A DNA stretch of 64,000 nt from Schmidtea polychroa (Eukaryota): positions 8,372,001 to 8,436,000 of the forward strand of contig CM097885.1 in assembly GCA_044892525.1 (NCBI GenBank), read 5' to 3'. The position numbers and the translations under genes were made by a program. The notes beneath the pieces were generated by a model. That model was not told where the DNA came from and did no database searches. It saw only the letters and a list, made by a program, of their open reading frames with translations. Below are positions 53,964-64,000 of this stretch, one piece after another; position 1 is the first letter of the stretch, and the number at the start of each line of letters is the position of its first letter.

Positions 53964-55871
53964 ATGAGTACCCAAAGACAAGTTAATAATACAAATAATA
54001 ATGATGAAACACCCGTGTCCACAGTTTCTGTGGGGAATGCCAGGGAAGGCAGTGACTATGCGAGTTGTCAAAAACTACCTGTAGATCAGTATGGGGGAGA
54101 TCCGTTGGAATTTGTCGACTTCATGGCAGATTATTATATGTATGCGACAGCCTATGGATGGAGCCAATCGATAATGGTTCAAAGATTACCGCTATACCTG
54201 AAAGGAGCAGCCAGAGAAGCATGGCAACAAATTGATAAAAGATTAATAGCAAATGACTGGACAAAGTTGAAAGACGCACTTGCAGCTAAATTAATCGGAG
54301 GAGATATAAAAAGGATGATGCGGCAGAAATTCTATAACCGTGTACAAAAGTCAGAGGAATCCGTAAGCGAGTTTGCTTATCATTTAACAACCCTTGCAGA
54401 GAAAGCATTCGAAGTGAAACCAGAACAGGCTGAGATGGCAAAGCAAGTAAAAGAGTTGCTACAGGATCAATTTTTGTCCGGAGTAAAGAAAGAAATTAAA
54501 AAGGCTTTGTGTTATGTTGATTTTAATGACTTTGATGAATTGATTAAAAAGGCAATGAAAATTGAGTTGAATTTAAAAAGTACGCAGTCGAAATCAGAGT
54601 CGTTTGCAGTCATATCTGGCGAAAGGGAAAGATCAATAACTCCATCTAAAAACAATCGGTTTCAACAAACAAGTAGTCCATCACCAAAATTTAGATCAAA
54701 ATTTCAGTCGAACAAATCAACAGATATTCAAATTGATGGAAAAGAAGGTCCTATCCAATGTAGTCATTGTCAAAGGATTGGACACTATGTTGACCAATGT
54801 TGGTTTAAAAATAGAGTACAGAGAAGCCCAATTCCAATTCAGTGTGATAATTGCCAAAGAATGGGTCATGACAGCAATCAGTGCTGGTCTAGAAATAATG
54901 TACAACGGAGTCCAAGGCAAATGTGGCCAGATTGGTTAAAAGGAAATGGTGGGAAAAGTTTCACCAAAATGAATATCAATGATCAGCGGAATAATGAGAA
55001 TTTACAGTGCTATAATTGCGGAAGGAAAGGACACATGTCACGGAATTGTTTTGCCAGATCAAGATCAACGTCAACATCACCATCACCGCAGAGAGATAAA
55101 GTAAATTTACAAGGACAAATTCAGTGCCACTCATGCAGAGGTTATGGACACATGGCCAGATCATGTCCAAGGAATACGGATAAATTTCAAAGGCCGATAT
55201 TAAAGAAGTCGATTAGGTTTCAAAGTGACAAACCGCAGACAGATAATGTGGCTTTTGTTCAGCCAGATAATTTTAATGAAAGAATTGAAAGCGAAGTGAG
55301 AGAAATGGGTCGACGTTTAGATCTATTGATGTCAAAGTTTGAATCAGACGAGGACTATAATAATCATATGATGTATGAGGCACCGGAAGAATTGAAAAAG
55401 AAAGTTATAAAAGATGACTTAGAAAATGAAAAAGCAACAATGATTATGACAAGAATTGAAAAATTAATTGGAAATAATGAAATAGAGTCGGCCAAAATAA
55501 TTAAATCGTTGAAGGAATTAAGTCAAATATCCTTGAGCATAAGAAAGACAAAAAGTGCAATTAGCTTGTGTGTTAACTATTATAACATGAATCCAAAGTA
55601 TAAAGACGAAATTAAGGAATTAATGAAAATGTTTGGAAAGATGTTAAGGGGAAATAAAGGGTTAGATTTCATTTTTGTAGAAGTAGTAGATGAGATTGAT
55701 AAAAGTATAATCTGTTGTCGTTGTGAGGCAAATGATAGCGTGAATGATTTAAAAATTAAATTAAAAGAGAAACGGGAAGGAGGCATGATAGAATTGAGAT
55801 TTAATGATAGACCGTTAGAAAATGATGAATTCTTGGTAGATTGTGGATTTATACCCGGAAGTAGAAATTAA
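53964..55871 (+). CDS. gag: Gag with four CCHC zinc knuckles and a C-terminal ubiquitin-like domain
   Basis: YGGDPLEFVDF...LPLYLKGAAREAW, RVQKSEESVSEFA; knuckles CSHCQRIGHYVDQC, CDNCQRMGHDSNQC, CYNCGRKGHMSRNC, CHSCRGYGHMARSC; IFVEVV...CEANDSVNDLKIKL...LRFNDRPLENDEFLVDCG follows the ubiquitin pattern. Confidence 0.88.
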   Translation: MSTQRQVNNTNNNDETPVSTVSVGNAREGSDYASCQKLPVDQYGGDPLEFVDFMADYYMYATAYGWSQSIMVQRLPLYLKGAAREAWQQIDKRLIANDWTKLKDALAAKLIGGDIKRMMRQKFYNRVQKSEESVSEFAYHLTTLAEKAFEVKPEQAEMAKQVKELLQDQFLSGVKKEIKKALCYVDFNDFDELIKKAMKIELNLKSTQSKSESFAVISGERERSITPSKNNRFQQTSSPSPKFRSKFQSNKSTDIQIDGKEGPIQCSHCQRIGHYVDQCWFKNRVQRSPIPIQCDNCQRMGHDSNQCWSRNNVQRSPRQMWPDWLKGNGGKSFTKMNINDQRNNENLQCYNCGRKGHMSRNCFARSRSTSTSPSPQRDKVNLQGQIQCHSCRGYGHMARSCPRNTDKFQRPILKKSIRFQSDKPQTDNVAFVQPDNFNERIESEVREMGRRLDLLMSKFESDEDYNNHMMYEAPEELKKKVIKDDLENEKATMIMTRIEKLIGNNEIESAKIIKSLKELSQISLSIRKTKSAISLCVNYYNMNPKYKDEIKELMKMFGKMLRGNKGLDFIFVEVVDEIDKSIICCRCEANDSVNDLKIKLKEKREGGMIELRFNDRPLENDEFLVDCGFIPGSRN

Positions 55872-55877
55872 TTAAAA

Positions 55878-56912
55878 ATGGTAAGTGTAGTGAGTGGCGA
55901 TGAAATGAGCATGAGTAGTAGTGAGGAAATAGTAAAAAGTTCAAATGATATACTAGAGAAATTGAATGACGCGCTATATATTGGAGATGAAGACGAAATC
56001 AATGAGAAATTACAAATGATTGACAAATTAGAATTTGAAGAAAACGATAAAATAGAAATTGCAAATGCAATACGACCATATTTATATGTAAAAACCAGAT
56101 ATGCTAAAATGTTAAGAGATTTATTACAGAGATTGGGCAAGGAGCTCAGGAAGGCAAGAGTTGAATTAAAGCCATTTTTGATAGCATTAGAGTATGAGGG
56201 ATATGGAAAAACGGAATATATAGACGAGCATTGGTGTACAAAGGTTCGAAAATTACGGAAGAGAGCAGCTGAAACGATGGGGAAAGATGGAATTATTATA
56301 GTAATGTACAAAGGTGAAGAACTTGATGATGATGAATATTTATATGATTGCGGATGTATTCCACAAGAGCTGGGTGAAAATGGATGTTTGATCCGAGATG
56401 GACGAGCGGGATATTTAGTGAACCATATAGTTGTAGTAAAGGGAATAAGTTTAGAAATCAAGATTAAGTCCAGCGAGTCTGACACAGAAGCACAAGGTGA
56501 AGAAGTAAATGGAAATCAAGAAATTGAGGAAATCGTTAGTGGTGATGATCAGAAGGAGCTGGATAAAAAAGATCAGTCTACAGAAACAGTACAAGGAGAG
56601 CCACTTGCACCAGAAAGTGAAACAAATGGTGAAAGCAAAAAGAAGAAAGTTAGAACTTTATATGAAATAAAGAAATATTTAGTGAGGTTAGAACAAGATG
56701 TAGACGAAACTAAGGACGTTTTGAAACGTCTCGTTAAAGCAGTATATCCGATGTTCGAAATAGAGATAGAAGTAGAGGATGAACTAAAAGGAGTAGTTAA
56801 AGAAATGAAAAATAGACTGCCTGAAGTAGTACAGAAATTTGGCGAAGAGGATACATTTTGCGAGAGATCAGTAATTGAAAATTTAACAAAAATGGAATTA
56901 ACAAGGATGTGA
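55878..56912 (+). CDS. In-frame continuation of gag: helical region, second ubiquitin-like domain, acidic linker and N-terminal helices of a Bcl-2-like domain
   Basis: Same frame as gag, separated by one TAA. VMYKGEELDDDEYLYDCG parallels LRFNDRPLENDEFLVDCG. Confidence 0.6.
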   Translation: MVSVVSGDEMSMSSSEEIVKSSNDILEKLNDALYIGDEDEINEKLQMIDKLEFEENDKIEIANAIRPYLYVKTRYAKMLRDLLQRLGKELRKARVELKPFLIALEYEGYGKTEYIDEHWCTKVRKLRKRAAETMGKDGIIIVMYKGEELDDDEYLYDCGCIPQELGENGCLIRDGRAGYLVNHIVVVKGISLEIKIKSSESDTEAQGEEVNGNQEIEEIVSGDDQKELDKKDQSTETVQGEPLAPESETNGESKKKKVRTLYEIKKYLVRLEQDVDETKDVLKRLVKAVYPMFEIEIEVEDELKGVVKEMKNRLPEVVQKFGEEDTFCERSVIENLTKMELTRM

Positions 56913-58987
56913 TGATAACAGCTTTAACTTATATTGTTTTAGAAATTGGAACGTATGCGTTCGCGAAATCAGATAAATTAGATAACTTGATAGACATTGC
57001 TGCCAGACTAGTAAACGAATACCTAATGAACTGGGCAAAGGAAAATGGTGGTTGGAGAACACTGTGTTCGTCTCTAACAGAAAAGAAAAACGAGAATCAA
57101 GAGAGGAAACCACCTCAAAAACAAGTCAATGAGAGAGTTCGACCAGAACTGAGAAAAACTATTATATTTCCGTGGGCAATCTTTATGATGATTACATTTT
57201 GTGCAATAATTACGCAGACATCATCATTAGTTGCATATGATTGCTCCCAAACTGAAATGGGAAAAATTTATTCAGTAGTTGATATGTCGGAATGCCCAGG
57301 TGCGTATCCTAGTAAACTGAAAATAGAAAATGATATAAAATATTACGTGTATCAAGAGTCTGATTTACGAAGAACTCAAGTAAGAGAGTGTATTGTCAAA
57401 CATACAACATTTGTGTTCTATTGTGGTAAATGGAGTCATACGTCACTTATAAAAATGCATGCGGTACCTAGGCCAGTTGAGGTACCCCCAGAAAACTGTC
57501 TAACAGCATTTCAAACCGGAGAATTAAAGATAAGTCCGGAAATTCGTTTAAAGGCAAAATTGAATCATAGGATACGAGAAACAATAATTGTAAAAGGAGT
57601 TATGAAAGCAAATGGCGATTGTGAAGGTGAACCATACAAAATAAATGGTAAAATTGTTCAGCACACAGTTGTGCTGGAAGAATATCTAACAGAGTTAAGA
57701 GAGTTCGAAGGAGCTTTCGACGATGATACGGGAAAGCTACAAACACATCCATTCTGTAATATGAAACAAACAAATTGTCAAACGGGGGAATCGATTCTTG
57801 TCTATAATGTCGAAACCAATAAGTGTAATTTAGCACACTTAAAAACTATGAATTTTAAAGAGCTAGTGGGAGAACAGTTTAGAGATAAACCTGATAGTTT
57901 TAATACGAAATATAGACCAAATGATACTATTAAGTCAACTCCAATATGGACAAAACAAATGGGAACAGTTTTAATGTCTACATTACCAGAAGATGGCATG
58001 CGATTTGTAAAAAAGGAAATCACCAACAAATGTGGTCGAATGGTGTATGTAACAAATTATAAAGGCGTTTATATGTCTAGAAATGTTGTGGAAGAGGCAA
58101 AAATTAAAATTCACAATGATATTTGACTTACTCATTATTTTAATAATAAAATTGATTATTTGTTTCATTTTAGTCAAAACGTCATGGAAAATTTATATAG
58201 AGAAATGATTCTAAACGATTGCAAGCTAAACAAAGAGATTCTTCGAAATCGAATGGCGATGGCAATTACAAATCCAAATTTAGTAGCACCTATGCTAATA
58301 TCAGAAAGTGGCGTGTTTGCGAGAATTTTTGGAGAAGCGTTATACAGTTACAAATGCAAAGAAGTCTCAGTGAAAATTACTAAATATGAAAAATGCACAA
58401 ACGAACTACCAGTAAGCCTCGGTGGAAAGATACGATTTATGGAACCGATAACTAGAATTTTGCTTGATGAACAAACTAAACCAAAGATTTTACAATGTAA
58501 TAGATTATTAGCACCCTTATACCGATTAGCAACAGATTCGTGGATAGCTTTACCAGACTATCGTAGAGTCAAGACTCCAGACAAATTAGAATCAACAAAT
58601 CTAGAATACCTGATAAATTTCACATCATTAAACAAAATGGCACAAAAGGGGTTGTACCCAAGCGAGGATATTGAAGAAGCTCAAAGAAATTTGTTGTTTC
58701 CATCCAAGAAAGAACGAGTAATTTCAGAAATGATTGACACGATATTACCGAATGGGGAAGGAAAAGTAAATTACGAGTATTTGCTAACACCTGATCATTT
58801 CAAACGAGCTACATACAAAACGATGGAAAAGATTTGGGGCAAGTTCATGTTTTTGGGACAAGCTTGTGCAGGCTTAATCGGAATTTACGTAATCGTGATA
58901 ACAGCAAAGGTGATAGTACATCGAATATATGCAATATCTGGATGGTCATGGAAATTGATTATTGGCTGTCGTATTAAAATAAAATGA
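56879..58987 (+). CDS. env: Bcl-2-like BH1/BH2 region, hydrophobic TM/signal segment and chuvirus-like envelope glycoprotein (one internal TGA at 58124-58126)
   Basis: FNKNGINKDVMITALTY (BH1-like), LMNWAKENGGWRTL (BH2), IIFPWAIFMMITFCAII (hydrophobic), LVAYDC...ECP...ECIVKHTTFVFYCGKWSH, GEALYSYKC..V.V....CTNELPV...FMEPITRIL, C-terminal TM. The 56909 and 58160 ORFs share a frame. Confidence 0.78.
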
Positions 58988-59767
58988 CTTTAATCGCCTA
59001 ATTTAAACAAATTTAATTGTCTGAGGGATTAGTACTTTCTTGAATTGAATTGAATTTTTTGAGTTGGATTGGTTGTGATGTTATCAAGTGCATGACTTCT
59101 AAAGTTTTCTGCTGCGGGAAATTTAATTGAATTAATGGGTAATTCGAGCCTCATCCCATCTGGGCATTTAACTGAACTAATTAAAACTGAACACTTAGAC
59201 AAATAGAGAAATTTTAATAAATACAAGAATGTTTTAATCAACAAAAATGAAATTTAATTCAACATTTTTAATTGTTGGGAAATATTTATTTTAAGATAAT
59301 TGCAAATATTTTTATAATTAATTATGAAAATTTATCAAATTTTACATTAATATTTTTTTGTCTTGTAAATAATCCCATTAAAAGTTTCTAAGCAAATTTT
59401 TATTTTAATGTTTTATTTACATTTTACTGGAGGAAAAGTGAAAACCGTTGGTAATTAAATATTAAACACATATCAAATAATTTCAAATTGGTGAACGGTT
59501 ACGAAGATATCTATATTTAAATATAATATTTAAATAATTGATAAATTAAAAAAAATTTGATTATTTCATCTTTTATTGTAAAATTTAAAACAAAAATTAT
59601 ATTTTAGCATTTAAAAATTTTAAATTAATTTTTATGATTCAAAGATCTTATCAACAACGCTTCTCAACTATAAGAACATTATTATTATTGTTATTGTTAT
59701 TAGTATTATTACTATTGTTGTTGTTTGAACTATAAGAAATGTACAGATTCGAGGACGAATCTAAATT

Positions 59768-59778
59768 AAAGGGGGAGA
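59768..59778 (+). promoter_or_regulatory. Polypurine tract
   Basis: aaagggggaga, 2 nt before the 3' LTR. Confidence 0.85.
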
Positions 59779-59780
59779 TA

Positions 59781-60644
59781 TGTTGGGGTTCAATAAAAGA
59801 GATACAAAGTTGAGGTGAAAATCAATGAAAACATCAAATTCATAATAATAAATGTAAAATACAAAGATATTAATTAAAATAATCAAAGAAACAAAATTGA
59901 ATAATTTCGGGGGAAACTGGTATGGGCGGATGCCAAATTATGAGACGAGTTCAGATATAATAAAATAAAATCAATGGGGGGTCCCTAGAAAGAATAAATC
60001 ACAAAAACCAAAAATTAATTAAAAATTAATTAACTAATGGGAAGCCCGAGCTAATGGGAAACCCGAGCTAATGGGGAACCCGAGCTAATGGGAAACCCGA
60101 GATAATGGGAAGCCCGAGATAATGGAAAGCCCTAGCGTCATGGGAGAGCCTAAATGGTAGATCAAAGGGGAAATTAGATCGGTCGACGAAAATTAAATTA
60201 GGACAATGAGAGAAAGAGATAGGAGGAAGCCCGGGAAATTTGATACGAAGGGCTTGATGAATTAAAATCAATTGACGGGTTAAGTATAAAAGGAACCAGC
60301 AAAGAAACATAATTGCCAGTGGTCGAAGAAAAGAAAATAGAAGTTTGACGAGAGCGAAAAAGGAAATATTAAAGTTAGTAGAAATTAAACCATTTAAAAA
60401 TCGAAGGTACCAGAAAGGGACATCTCCCGTTGGAAGATCTACCCCTGCGTGAGATTTGTTGGCAAATTGAAAAGTGCAGACAAAACCTGATTGTATCAAG
60501 TGTGAATAAACTAATACAAGTGTAAAAGTGTAACTGCATCAGTGTCAATAAAGATTTTGTGTTGGGTTATTTATTTATTTATTTATTTGGAAAAGAACAC
60601 AAAGGAGTCAGACCGTAGTACCGACTTGCATTAAAAACCCAACA
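59781..60644 (+). repeat. 3' LTR (864 bp)
   Basis: TG...CA, direct repeat of 52502-53372. Confidence 0.93.
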
Positions 60645-61004
60645 TTTATTTCAAATTCACATAACACCTTAAACAACGTCTTTTTCATCCTACCTTTACA
60701 TACATACATATTTCCGACATTTTAAAATACAAATTATTCATATATACTTAAGAAAGCCTATTCTGCTATTAAAAGACATTAAAAACTAAACAGCTATCAA
60801 CTCTCCAATCTCCAATCTCATCTATTTTATATGAAATATTTACTAATCAGCTTTCCCAAGCTTTATATTCAATTTCTTCAAATGCATCATGAAAACGGGA
60901 ATTTCGATTGTTGATGAATATATTTCCATAGCAACTTAGATTCTTATTGATTTTTCCCCAATACTTTATTCACTGCAACAACAGCTTCTTTTGTTATATG
61001 AGCT

Positions 61005-61755
61005 ATGAAACTTGAATATTGGGACTTGATCAATTTGACTGCATTTGAGAATTTATATGGAATTTCATCTACCAAGAAATATATCTTATGGTTATGATAT
61101 ATTTGTACTGGTTTCACATCTTTCTTGGCAGGCTTCGTCTCAGTTTTCTTAATTGGACTTGTTTCTTTCAATAAATTAGAAAATGTTTTCTCCCCAAAAA
61201 CGTTCTTGGATTGTACTTAAACAAATAATGGCTATTATCTCATCTTATCTCTTTTTTATAATTGTGTATAACCGATCAAATTAATGCATTTGTATTGCAA
61301 TCAACATGCATATGTGTATCATTGACCTTTGTGTGACCTTTATATGTGAGTCATACATATTTGTATATCTATTGCAAATGTATTGCAAATTAGTTGTTTA
61401 AAATATTTCAACTATGATTATTTAATTGTATAATAAATTCTCATCTGTATCTATCATCGGCAATAACATATCTTCATTATCTAGATCCATTATCGGTAAC
61501 ATTCCTTCATCATGATCATCAATCATAACCATACTAGCCCTCTATATAATTCCCATACGCGTGACTTTGATCCCCCCATTACTTGAATATTGCTACTTGA
61601 TCAATTTGACTGCATTTGAGAAATAATATAGAATTTCATCTACCAAGAAAAATATATCTTATAGTTATGATAAATTTGTACTGGCTTCACATCTTTCTTG
61701 ATTTGAACCGGTTTCGTTTCAATTATTTTCATAATTGGGCTTGTTTCTTTCAATA
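61005..61755. repeat. Diverged ~165-bp direct repeat (61005-61172 vs 61580-61755)
   Basis: acttgaatattg..acttgatcaatttgactgcatttgagaa...gtttctttcaata is shared. Confidence 0.7.
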
Positions 61756-61922
61756 CAGATGTATTGCAAATTAGTTTTTTCAGATATTCCAACTATAATT
61801 ATCCAAATATAGTTCTTGTCTATCAACACAACCTTTACACCAGTATGGACATACTGATAGTTTGTTACTGTTGTCGATAGTGGGAAACTCTTTGTAATAA
61901 GATCGATAATTCAGTATTAAAA

Positions 61923-63315
61923 TGCAACATTTATTTATGACATCTGTTGATTGGCCTTTTTCGGTTTCTTCAACTTCTTCAACTTAAATGATTTTGTTAG
62001 ACATGTTTGAATTGAATTTTGGAAAGTAAAATTAAAGTGTAAATGATAAACATATATTTTAGTTACTTATTATAATATTTAAATATCTTATAAATAATAA
62101 TATTTTTTGTATGATAATTATGATAATGTGACCCGCACATAGACCTTTAACCTCTTTTTTTAGTCCTTCATTCTTATCGATAAACATCAATTATCTTTTG
62201 AAGGGTTTGTACGTTTTATTTCAGGCCATGTGAATTTCGGGTAAGGGCCTTTGTTCTTTTGATTTCTCTATGGTTTTGTACTATGTTGGCTTTTTTTGCT
62301 TATTTACCTCCTATTTATCGAATCCGTTGGCGAGTTTTACTTTTTCAATGTTTACTACAACCTTTTTATTCGCGTAAAATTATGAGTGTTGTAGTCTCTG
62401 GCGCATGTCGAGGTTTCATGTATTTAATGTATTTAGTTTGGTGGAATTGAAGGAGGGATTTGTGTCGGTAGGATATGGTTCCGGGCTGCGTCTATAGTTT
62501 CAAATGGGATATCATTAGTATTAGTAAGGAATTCGACGAGGAAACATATCCCAGTTTTGAAAGGTAGTCCAACTGGGGAGTTGGTGCATGTTACTTGTAT
62601 GTTTAAAAATGAATTTTTGGGAAAATGAGCGCAATAGGTCTCTCTCGAATTATGTGCAAACCAACAAGAAACAATGTTTTTCCTATCAATTATAGTGAAG
62701 ATGATATTTTATCATTTGGAGTATGGTAATGGGCGGACTAGGTCGACGTGAGGTATATCTAATCGATTTTCGGTGGGAAAACGGACAATTGGAGGTTTGC
62801 TATGTCGTACGATTTTGTTCTTTTAACATTCTGCACATTCTTTGACACTTTATATCCTTACGCATGAATGGTCAAGCATAATGCGTATGAATCATATCGT
62901 AAATATTGTTAATGTCTGTATGATTAAGATCATGAATTGACTCGAATGCTTTTTTTCTGAGTTGTAGAGGTAGAATAGGATGAGGAGAATCAAGAATAAT
63001 TGAAAAACAGCTTTCCTGGGACCAGAAGGTCTTCCTTTCTGACACCATTGTAATAAGATATAATTTAGTGTTGAAATGCAACATTTATTTATGACATCTG
63101 TTGATTGGCCTTGATTGATGTGTTTGGTTTCTTCAACAATTTTAACTTCAATAATTTTTTTGAACATGTTTGAATTGAATTTCGAATTTCGGTAAATTAA
63201 AGTAAAACTAAAGTGTATATATTTTAATTACTTATTATAATATTTAATTTATAATTTTTAAATATTTTATATATAATAATAAATTTTGTATGATAATTAT
63301 GATATTATGACCAGC
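61923..63315 (-). mobile_element. Small, heavily deleted Gypsy-type LTR remnant (diverged ~215-240-bp direct repeats flanking a decayed integrase)
   Basis: Repeats 61923-62139 and 63077-63315. Internal minus-strand remnants ILPLQLRKKAFESIHDLNH...W/*PFMRKD (H2C2 region) and TIIDR; purine tract near 62150-62161. Confidence 0.6.
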
Positions 63316-64000
63316 AAACTCTTCGTATAACGTCCTCAAATGATCTATTAAGACCACGAACATAGAATCAACATCCGAATATTTTGAAAGTAATAATCTC
63401 GAGTGCCCAATAGATTAAATACTTTAAAATATTCCGATATAGTTCACCCATTTTTCAAATCAAAATCTAAAAAATAAAATTTTTAAAAACAATCAAAATA
63501 TACTGAAAGATAAATTTGGCATTCTCTATTACTAAATAAATGATTAAAATGTTCTTGTATATATACTTAATTTGATATACACCATCAAATATATGGATGA
63601 TGAAATTATATTGTAATTTTAGTTTAGGAAAAAGTTTAAAAATTCCATTTCATCAATTACTGATTTAATATCTTTAATAATTTTGTAAACAAATAAATGA
63701 AAATCTTATAACTGACGGGTCGCTTCGGCCGTATATCAGGCAAGTCTGTAATGAAAAGATAAAAACCAAATTATTTATACAAATGACATTTATACTGCTA
63801 TTTATAATACTAGTATTTATTAAATATTTCCTATAATTGATAGATAGATTATGTATTAGATTATAGATTATGTTCTTTAAATATTTTTAAATTAATAATA
63901 AAAAAATATTATATAATTTAATGCATATTTCTCATTTTGAAGTCAAACAATGGAAGTAGGTCCAACATTAACACTATTGTCTTATTTATTACTCGTTACT

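Larger units (their letters stand above)
52502..60644 (+). mobile_element. pol-less LTR element (8143 bp) carrying gag, ubiquitin-like, Bcl-2-like and env-like coding regions
   Basis: LTRs 52502-53372 and 59781-60644 (TGTTGGG...CCCAACA), 4-bp TSD TTTA (52498-52501, 60645-60648), PBS and PPT present. Confidence 0.93.

Noticed and set aside
55869..58126. Alternative genetic code explaining the in-frame TAA and TGA in the LTR element
   Set aside because: BRF1 and pPolB read cleanly in the standard code; the stops are more simply mutations or readthrough sites.

Overview
AT-rich eukaryotic DNA, probably an invertebrate: introns are about 43-85 bp and (ATT)n/(AT)n microsatellites are common. It is not prokaryotic. 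Host genes: a partial membrane-protein gene running off the left edge, a complete 6-exon BRF1 (TFIIIB subunit) gene at 3413-5376, and a second, 3'-incomplete BRF1 copy at 50012-51058. Most of the rest is mobile DNA. (1) A 32.9-kb Polinton/Maverick-type insertion (8168-41052; AGTAGT...ACTACT ends, 6-bp TSD AACAAT) with no intact gene sits in the integrase of a decayed Gypsy element. It resolves into two nested giant palindromes. Element A is about 12.5 kb, with ~6.25-kb arms and a 5-nt loop at 34801-34805. Element B is about 17.7 kb, with ~8.1-kb arms and its own 6-bp TSD TAGAGT. Both carry an invariant ~500-bp structured GC island. (2) A protein-primed family B DNA polymerase gene (44621-~47815, minus) has intact catalytic motifs and three spliceosomal introns. 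(3) An 8.1-kb LTR element (52502-60644; 4-bp TSD, tRNA-Trp PBS, PPT) has no pol and instead encodes Gag - 2x ubiquitin-like - Bcl-2-like - TM/signal - chuvirus-like envelope glycoprotein. Also present: hAT MITEs and degenerate retroelement fragments. All calls come from reading the sequence; no searches were run.
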